61,498 nt of DNA. It comes from Girardia tigrina. Lineage: Eukaryota. This document shows positions 53,401 through 61,498 of the stretch, in pieces. Position 1 is the first letter of the stretch. Each line of letters begins with the position of its first letter. The stretch covers positions 33,482 to 94,979 of the forward strand of contig MQRK01185218.1 of NCBI GenBank assembly GCA_001938485.1. Direction: 5' to 3'. The notes beneath the pieces are model-generated. The model worked only from the letters and a program-made list of their open reading frames with translations, was not told the DNA's origin and made no database searches. The translations under genes and the position numbers were made by a program.

Positions 53401-56400
53401 TAAGTCTACTAAATGTATCCAGGCGTCACTAACAATGTCACTAAATTGTCCTAAAAAGTAGTGTCTGCATTCCCAGCCAATTCTGTCCATTGTTCACATA
53501 ATCTCAGTTTTAATAAATGTTAATACCGTGCTTCTCCAAATATAAGACATACCACAGTATAAGATCTAGTCCAAAAATTAAAGACTTTTTTGGGAATATT
53601 AATAAGGCATCCCTTAATATAAGACCTAGTATTTTTTTAAAAAATTGTTTTACAAAATTAGTTTTAAAAAGTAATTTCAAATTAATCATTTTTCATCCCT
53701 TCATGAACCAAAAAAGAAAAAGTTACACAGTAAAATATAGAATGGATGTCGTTGAGGAGTCTCGCAACAGAAATTTAACGGAATATTGTAAAATTAATAT
53801 AAGACATTGTCTTATATTTCGAAAAAGACGGTATTAAGAATATATAAATATCAGGACTGTCATCTTGAGGGTTAGGTTCAATAATAAATTGCGGCCTCGT
53901 CTTTTAATTGTTAAAATTTCAGGAGAAAATTCACTCCATATTGTGATTAATAAGGACTTTAAAAGGTTTGATAAATCATCCCATTAATGGTTTATCTCAT
54001 TCAGGTTTGCTTTCAATAATATCGTCAATAAAATTGGTTACTTCTATTTTTACTTTTAATTTTCATTACTTTTTTTAAAATCGATTCTTCCTAGATTTTT
54101 ATAAATCGAAATAGTTTTCCTAGGGAAATTTCAAATAAAAACTTAGATTTTAAAGAAAATCCTTCATTGGTAGCTTTATCTATCAAATATTTCTTTGTTT
54201 CTTCGTCAATTGCTGAAGTTCTTGATTTAGTATTGTCCTCAAATTCGTCCGATTCTAATTGAACACAAGTTTGACAGCCATCTGTAAGGAAGAGGAAATG
54301 GACGCGTCAGTGAGGATGCAGGTCATGGTGAACAGTTTTCTTTGGAATAGACGAGTGCCTAGTTACAAAGGTATAGCAATTGAGAACATGGTCAACTCAT
54401 ATCAAGTCATGGGATGCATCTCAATATTAAGGGACTTATCAGTTGCTTGACACAAGAGAGTCCAAAACAAAGTATTGTTAGAGTAAGTTAACTTTACTGT
54501 TGGTCTTTTGGTTGTGCAAATAAAAACACTTATAAATATAATGTTATGGTGCCTTGAGACTCAAATCTCAATTTATTTTTCCAATTACTCTGAAAATGGT
54601 TTGTATTTTTGAAATCAGCATGTGCAAAATCACCCAGAATACTCAAATCTTTTCTATGGACTAAAGTAATTCATGTGTCATTAAATTGTGACAAAATAAT
54701 TAGATTGAATATTCAATAAAACATTCAATGGCCATTGACAGGGCCGTCGTTAGCAGGTGTGGCGTCTCGAGCAAAGTGTAATACAATCGGAAATTCGGTA
54801 ATCCTCCATAAATAAGGACATTTGAGAAGTTGTGCTTTTCTGAAATTTAGATCATTTTGCAATGCTAAAAAATCACTTAATATTATTAAAATAAATTAAG
54901 TACCAGAATCTAGTTTAAAAAAGCTTAAATTCAAAGTTCAACTTCAAGATATCGGAGATGAATACATACATTGAATACAAAGTAATATTTAACCCTAAAA
55001 CGCGCAAAATGCATGAATCACCCCGAATTGATGCACATATGAATCAAATACTCTCCGTCCTATTATTTTTAAATCAAATATGACAAATAGGAAGCGTGGG
55101 CTGCTCATAGCACGGACGAGTCACCTTCGTTATGATACAATAGTGGCGTTGTAACGGTTTTGAAGTATAAGTATACTTTTTAAAATAAAAATTTGTCCAT
55201 TATTGTCTGCAAAAAATAAGAAATTTATAATGTACATTAAATACTTTTTTAAAAATCAATTTTATTGATTAAACATTGTTTATTTGACATATTTTCTAAA
55301 TTTGTCAAATCGATATCTAATATTTTTTAATATCATTTCCAGACAGGACAAATGAAACATATTTTGAGAAATTAAAAATATTAATATGCATATGTACATT
55401 TAAATAACAAAAATGTGATTTTTTATTTATTATAAAGCTTTACTGTTCCTCTTACAAATGTTCATTTTAATCAATTAATGACGGAATTTTTATTTTTAGT
55501 TTCAACTGTCCGTAGAAATATTATTTACCGTGAACTCGGTGCCCAAACATCATAGAACGACACTCATATATTACACAATCTGATAACACCCACTTAACAG
55601 CGTAATTTAAAATCTAGCGTCTGCATGTAAACATTTTTTGAAGTGGTGTTTTGCGTTACTAGTATCTAATGGGTTAATGATCCCCAATAAAACAAGACTG
55701 AGACAAGAAATTGGCAAATTAACCTCACCTTTTACATAATGAAAGAATTATATAAAATTATGATTGTTTAAGGAAGTGTATTATAATTTTTAATGAAAAA
55801 TGTCCTTATTTACGAAATTGTTAATATTGGGTTCGTGATTAAAATTCAAAGTCATTATTTGCAAACTTTATTTCCAATACAATTTTCATTATTCAAACAA
55901 ATTTATGAGGAACAATATTTCAGTTACATAAACCAGATTTTGAAATTCTAAATATAAATAATAATATCGATGTATAGATATAACTGTTAATTTATTCAAT
56001 TTTGCATAAATCCTATTTTATTTTTGTTTTATTAATTTTTACAATGTTTATTAATTTGGAATATAAATTTAGACCTTCAAAATTATTTTAATGGACATGT
56101 CCTGTAAAAATTCAATTCCTGAATAATTTTTCTTTAATTTTAAAAATTCAATTAGAAATTATTTTTTTAATAAAACTTTCCGTTGACAATTAAATTCAAT
56201 AAACATATTGATTTTTATTTTAAAAAGTGTTACAAAATCTTCTTTACAATATTCTTTTACTCTGAAACTGTTATTTTAATTGTGATTTTTTAAACCTAAT
56301 TTTTTTATAAAAGTTCTTTCAATTTAATTAGTAAAATATTATCATTACACTATATTTTTTTATAAAACTTATTTCATTTTAATTAGTAAAAATATTATCT

Positions 56401-58027
56401 ATAAACTTAAATTTTTTATATATAATTTCTTTCAAAAGTTCTTTCAATTTAATTAGTAAAATATTATTTTTTTAATTTTTCAAATATAATTATGATTTTT
56501 AATTTAAAAATATCAAAAAATTTACAGTTCACAAAAAAGAACCCCTATTAAGGTCCCATTAAATTATTTTTTGTTTTTTTATCCAATCACAATGAGAAGA
56601 AATCTCAACTTCCTTAAAATCAATATATATATATATGTATTTCTAAATATGAGAAAAAACACAATAAATCAGAAACATTCTACAGCTGAGAAAGACAAAT
56701 TAATTTTTTTTAAAAACGAAATTTTCTGCTAGACAAAAAACATCAAAATTTGATTGGTTTAAATAATAGGAAAAACAATTTTTTTCTAAAATTTACTGAA
56801 ATAAATTTCTTAAAATTTAATAAATAGAGAAATTAATATTTGACTTGGTTATCCTAAGTTACAGTGGTAACTCTGTTTCCCTCTTTGTTGGGATTTGTCT
56901 ATGTCCCATATCCAGCTCTTTCCTCTCTCATTTCTAGACAAAAGAACACTGTTTTTATTTGCAATATTGTAAGAAATTTTTTATAAAATATTATTTTTTG
57001 TAGAAATAAAAAATCGCAATGAAATTAATGTTAACGGATCGAATTTATTGGGTTTTCATTGTGTCAACTGAAATTTTAATAATACATTTAATCTATCATT
57101 GTCAACCGGATTGATTGAAGTAATTCGTCCAAAATCAACTTTATATTTTGACTCTTATTATCTTATTTTTGCATCCATAAAACTAATTCGAATACAATGT
57201 TATCATTTCGTATATAACTTTCTTCATTTATCTATCATACCTTTTAAACATTGTTGAAGTATTAATTTTGATAGACTTTGTCTTTCAATATTGAATAAAT
57301 AAGATAATAGAGTAATTGTTATTATTTTAAAGTTGTATTTCTCCTGTATATAGTGACACATTGGTAAAGAATGACGAAGAAAATAATATCAGGGGGATTA
57401 ACATGGTATCATTAATTATCAATTTATTAATGTTAACACACTCTAATTTGATAAAAAATATTTAACATTCGTGTAATCATTGTCAGATAACTTTTCTATT
57501 TATTTCGACTTTCACGAGAAAGTTAAATTGGTTTTTCAGATTATTATGACTCTCGATCCCCAAAGATATTCTTAATTATATCAAATGGAAAATATTATAT
57601 TTGTGAAACCGAAATTAAGAAAATGATTTTTTTCAAACAATTAAATCCCTAGCCTTTAAAGGACCCTTAATACCATTTTATAATAATTTTAATAAAAATA
57701 TACCTTTAAATTTTAATTTTAAATAATTATTATAAATTTTAAAATTAAATAAAATATATAGAGTTGAAATTAAAATAATCCAGTGATTTAATTGTAATTA
57801 ATTTTGTAAAATCAAATATTGTATTTAACTGAATATCGAATTAATATCAAGTTTATATTGAATAATAATAATTAAATAAAATATTTACATAAATAATATA
57901 AAAATTAATTACTGAATAAATCCAATAAAAATTTAATCTAAATTAATTCTTAAAAAAATATTATTATTTTTATGAAATAAATTATATTTTTCATCAAATA
58001 AAAAGTTCCTGAATAATAAATTAAATG

Positions 58028-58058
<31 letters not shown>

Positions 58059-60280
58059 TACTAAAATATTTACTAAATTAGAATTAAAAATCCTTTCGAA
58101 GATAATCACAAAATATTTATATAAATTTCATTTACTAAAATTAATTAGTGATGAATTAAAGCAGATTTTGAAAATATATTTTAACAAAAAAAATAATAGT
58201 ATATTATCAAATCAGTTTGAATAAAAATTTATTTATTTATTCACAAATAAATTTTCGAAAATTATGTAAACCTTAAAACATTAATTCTAAAATGTTTCTT
58301 TAATGTTCTATTAAATATGATAATTAAAAGAAATATAATATAATATTAGACACAACACGTATGAAAACCTAATATTTATTAAACCAATGAATGTTTTTAA
58401 GTTCAAGTGGTGCTATATTAAACATAATTTACATTTTTCATTGATGAGGTCATTCTAAATTAAAGGATAATAATCGGAAATTTGATGAAAGAAATCCCTT
58501 TCTACGTGAGATTTTACTTAGATATTGTTAAGACGTTACCTAGCACACTTCTTATAGCTTTGAATTTTTGCTTTGTTGTAAACCACATAGCTGCCACGTG
58601 GTCGGAACATAGTCCAGTCACTGGATCCTTAAAATTTTTGGTTTAGTCGAATGTTTGGCTAATATGTCACAGACTGCTGTATGATCATCATTCAACATAT
58701 TGATTATGGGTAACAACGTTGCATAATATTTTTTTAACTTTCAAGTTAATGTTCCGTTTCTTGAACTGAACAATTAAAAGAAATATTTTCATGAACCCAT
58801 GTCGAGCCTTATAAACTAATTCATTTAATTGATAAGACGTTCTAAGATTTGCAATTATTTTTTAAAGATTCAAAGAATAATCCAACTCAATTTAATTTAG
58901 ACGAAGAGTTTTATAAATGTTAGTGATGAAATCAACAATTTACAAAATATTAGCAAAAAAAATCTGTATAAGGTGGATAAAAAGAATATTATTGATAAAT
59001 AATACTGATAAATCAGCGCTAATAAATTTGAGGCGATATTTTTACGTCAAATATGTTAAGTTTTGCTGGCTTGTAATATTTGGTAATTATCGACGATTTC
59101 TTGGATAGAATATTAATAAAAATATAAATTGATAAATCTTATAAAATAATAAAAACATATAATTTATTTAACAATAAAATAATTATCAAAGTCTCACCTG
59201 AAGATTCTTAACAACCTCCTCGAGTCCAACGAGTGCAACAAACTCATTTGTAGCAGTACTCGGAATCAAATTCAAATCCGACTGGGCGACAGATCCTTGT
59301 GGGGGCCGTGCCAGCGGTACTTCACTTAACGCTTTATCGGCCTGTTTTCGTAACAACGCTTTCCTCGCCAAATACTGTTGATCGAGTGCTTGCATCGCCA
59401 TTTCTCTCGTCATTCTCGGACCACCCGCACCCGATTTATTAGTGCCCCCACTCGAATCAGCCCCCCCACCAATAAACCCAGTAGACCCAAGCCCACTCGC
59501 ATTGGACGCCCCATGAGCACTCGTCCGATTGCCGGACATCGCGAGCGAGTCTGACTGATGATTGGGACTATTATCAATACCGAGCTCCGAGTTTGATTGA
59601 CGATTAAGCGATTGATTATTCGACTGATTATTGTTATTATTACTATTGATATTGTTTGTGCTGTTATTGATTATTGAGTGATTATTTGAGATTGATCCAC
59701 CGGTACCCACATTGAGCCCGTTATTATTATTACTGTTACTACCGTTATTGTTGTTGATGAGAATCGTGGAATTGCTCAAATTATTGTTGTTATTGATCAA
59801 TGAGGAACTATTGTTGGTGTTATTGATGTTACCGGTAGCGGAATTTGATTGGTTTGGGTGGCCGTTTTGACGAGACGAGGTGGAATTGTTCGCGGAACCG
59901 TTTGCCGGAGGTATTTTCTTCTGTGTGTGTTTCATTTGAGCCAAAAGGATTTCAATTGTTTCTTCGTTTCGTAACCGTTCGTCCAATTGATGCAATAATA
60001 ATTGACACGCTTCAAATGTTTTCGATGATGGATTTTCGATGTTCAATTTATTCAATAATTGATTGATACTGTCGTCATCTTCGTCTTCGCTCAAACAAAT
60101 CACACCGGAACTCTATAAAATCAAATTGATTTGATTTAATTAAATTATTCGATTTTTTAAAATTATTTTTTATTAAATTACTTGAGAGTGTACTTTCCGA
60201 GAAAGATCCATTGCGGTTGGTAAATCGTTCTCATTTAAACAAATCGGTTTTTGGCTTAAATCAAGGACTTCCACTTCCAT
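32635..60280 (-). CDS. GATAD2: Transcriptional repressor p66/GATAD2 (simjang-like NuRD subunit). Exons 60280-60182, 60112-59198, 47815-47588, 41429-40991, 32918-32635 (654 aa).
   Basis: CR1 coiled coil QLDERLRNEETIEILLAQMKHTQ; CR2 KALLRKQADKALSEVP..LIPSTATNEFVALVGLEEVVKNL; GATA-type finger PFNCVQCGTDFTPLWK..CESC. All four introns are GT-AG with matching phases (0,0,0,1). Confidence 0.93.
38303..38340. repeat. (TA)n microsatellite; others lie near 18496, 34696 (CT/TA), 40338, 47402 and 58030
   Basis: Directly visible. Confidence 0.95.
38340..38797. repeat. Inverted pair of Penelope pLTR-like repeats (38340-38470 and 38655-38797)
   Basis: The arms are reverse-complementary over ~130 bp, and each carries a hammerhead-like motif. 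Confidence 0.7.
38711..38756 (+). ncRNA. Degenerate minimal type-I hammerhead ribozyme motif
   Basis: TAATAG-CTGATGA-stem II-GAAACATGC.., with a mutated stem III. The sister copy on the minus strand (38380-38425) reads ATGATGA-TGGTCACTGCTGATC-GAAACATGTT. Confidence 0.55.
38820..39460 (+). mobile_element. mariner transposase remnant
   Basis: LNAELHCSKLERI, YSPTLSPSNHY (YSPDLAPSDY-like), and ERWARTVDHHGLYF at the C-terminus. Confidence 0.65.
41670..42750 (+). mobile_element. Tc1/mariner-superfamily transposase remnant
   Basis: FIQDGVPAQ and WPPRSPDMTSYDFYLF motifs in broken frames. Confidence 0.75.
44050..44251. mobile_element. piggyBac-type MITE with ~85-bp imperfect TIRs
   Basis: TTAA|CCCTTTCAACACGATT...AATCGTTTTGACATGG|TTAA, with long inverted arms. 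Confidence 0.7.
45995..46593 (-). mobile_element. hAT Buster/Charlie-type fragment with one terminus
   Basis: CSDGASAITGK, CILHRFAF..VLDEAVKII..LLLHTKVRGLSRGKIL..LAYL, and the terminus CAGTGATTCCCAAAGTG at 46593. Confidence 0.85.
51194..51544. mobile_element. Non-autonomous hAT-like element
   Basis: CAGTAACGTACATA / TATGCATGCCCCTG termini, G-runs, and similar 8-bp flanks TTAACTAG / TTCAATAG. Confidence 0.5.
53524..53833 (+). mobile_element. pogo-derived MITE (internal deletion derivative)
   Basis: TA-CCGTGCTTCTCCAAATATAAGAC / GTCTTATATTTCGAAAAAGACGG-TA TIRs. It retains the transposase start MNQKRKSYTVKYRMDVVE. Confidence 0.8.
54255..54680 (+). mobile_element. DNA transposase remnant (Chapaev/Transib-like, tentative)
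   Basis: VNSFLWNRRVPSYKGIAIENMVNSYQVMGC resembles the FLGN..NY..VENM..Y..MGC motif of that group. Confidence 0.4.
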
Positions 60281-61245
60281 TAATTAATTTATTTCTAAAA
60301 TTATTCCCAATAAAAATAATTTTTTAATTGATTATTTAAAAAAAAATTAAATCAATTTGTAATATTAAAATTAAATTTGATTTCAATAATAACAAAATCA
60401 ATTTTGAGTTAATTGATTTTAAATAAATAATTAAACTAAAAAATATTTAATATTGAAAGATGGCCATTTACAAATATCAACATTATTGGTCATTAATGTG
60501 GTAAAACAAAATGCGAGGTTGTGTCAAAAGATTTTTTAAAACAAAATCATTTTTTTTTCGATAATCCATTAGAAAGTTATCAGTTGAAATCAAAATATTA
60601 GAATGAACTAAGATAGAAATTAATCAATTGATTAATATTTTCGAAAATTCTTTATAAATTTTGCTGTCTTTAAATCAATATCAATTAATTATTTCACCGA
60701 AAATAGTTTTAATATATTAATTAAAATTTTAAATTATTGATAATTCTTTTAGAAAGGTGATGTTATCTAATTTATTTGATTATAATTATTGTTTGATAAT
60801 AAATCTATCTAATTACATTAAATTTAAAATGAAAATTAATAGTGTTACGATGAATGTTTTGAACATAATACTTTTATTGTATCACTTTTATTTGATGTTA
60901 CCAGAGTATATTAAATTGTGTTTATGGTTCAAATTAACTTTTTCAACTAACATGAATAATGAAGGTTTATTATTAACAACATCAGTATGATTTTTTGACC
61001 ATTTTATTATTATTACAAATAGAATTGTCATTTCTATAATTCTTCAAATCACTTTCACTATACGACATGTTTCTTGGTTAATATGTTTCTGTCCTAGTTT
61101 TTTAAAAAACAAATGGCAAAGTATTTATAATATAAATTAATTATCAAAACTATCATTGGTTAAAATCAAATATAAACATTATTAAAAAGCTGTATTAATT
61201 AAATTAATATACTAAAATTTTGACATTTGCCACATCAAATATAAA

Positions 61246-61498
61246 TTTTTTATTTAATAATCAATGGTACAAACAAGTGGATGGTGTTGCAATGGGATCT
61301 CCATTAGCACCAACATTAGCCTCAATTTTTTTGTCCAAAATTGAAGAAAATATTGATTTGTTTTCCGGTTATAAACCAGTTGTATATAAAAGATATGTAG
61401 ATGATGTATTTTTGATTTTCGAAAATAAAGATCATGTAAAACCATTTCTAAATTATATGAATTCGATCCATTCTAATATCAAATTCACAGTAGAGGAA
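61246..61498 (+). mobile_element. Penelope-like reverse transcriptase fragment running off the window end
   Basis: FLFNNQWYKQVDGVAMGSPLAPTLASIFL..YKRYVDDVFLIF..MNSIHSNIKFTVEE. Confidence 0.9.

Noticed and set aside
58370-58900. Possible Mutator/SWIM remnant (GLCSDHVAAMW on the minus strand)
   Set aside because: A single weak motif with no termini identified.

Overview
AT-rich, repeat-dense metazoan genomic DNA with spliceosomal introns and two N gaps. Host genes: Nup58-like nucleoporin (minus strand, partial); a two-exon FAD-dependent amine oxidase; a five-exon GATAD2/p66 (NuRD subunit) gene spanning 32635-60280; and an ORF built of 27-aa STPR-like repeats. There is also a disrupted MED31 copy and a midasin fragment. 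Most of the rest is decayed mobile DNA: Ty3/Gypsy, solo LTRs, several hAT lineages, pogo, Tc1/mariner, piggyBac-type MITEs, and Penelope-like pieces with hammerhead-like motifs. The most notable signal is a 73-aa ubiquitin-like domain ending in di-glycine (..HMNLPGG) fused in frame directly to the N-terminus of a Gypsy-type Gag (9416->8220). It lies inside a composite LTR-bounded unit that also carries genomic midasin DNA. All family calls come from manual translation and remembered motifs; no database search was run.
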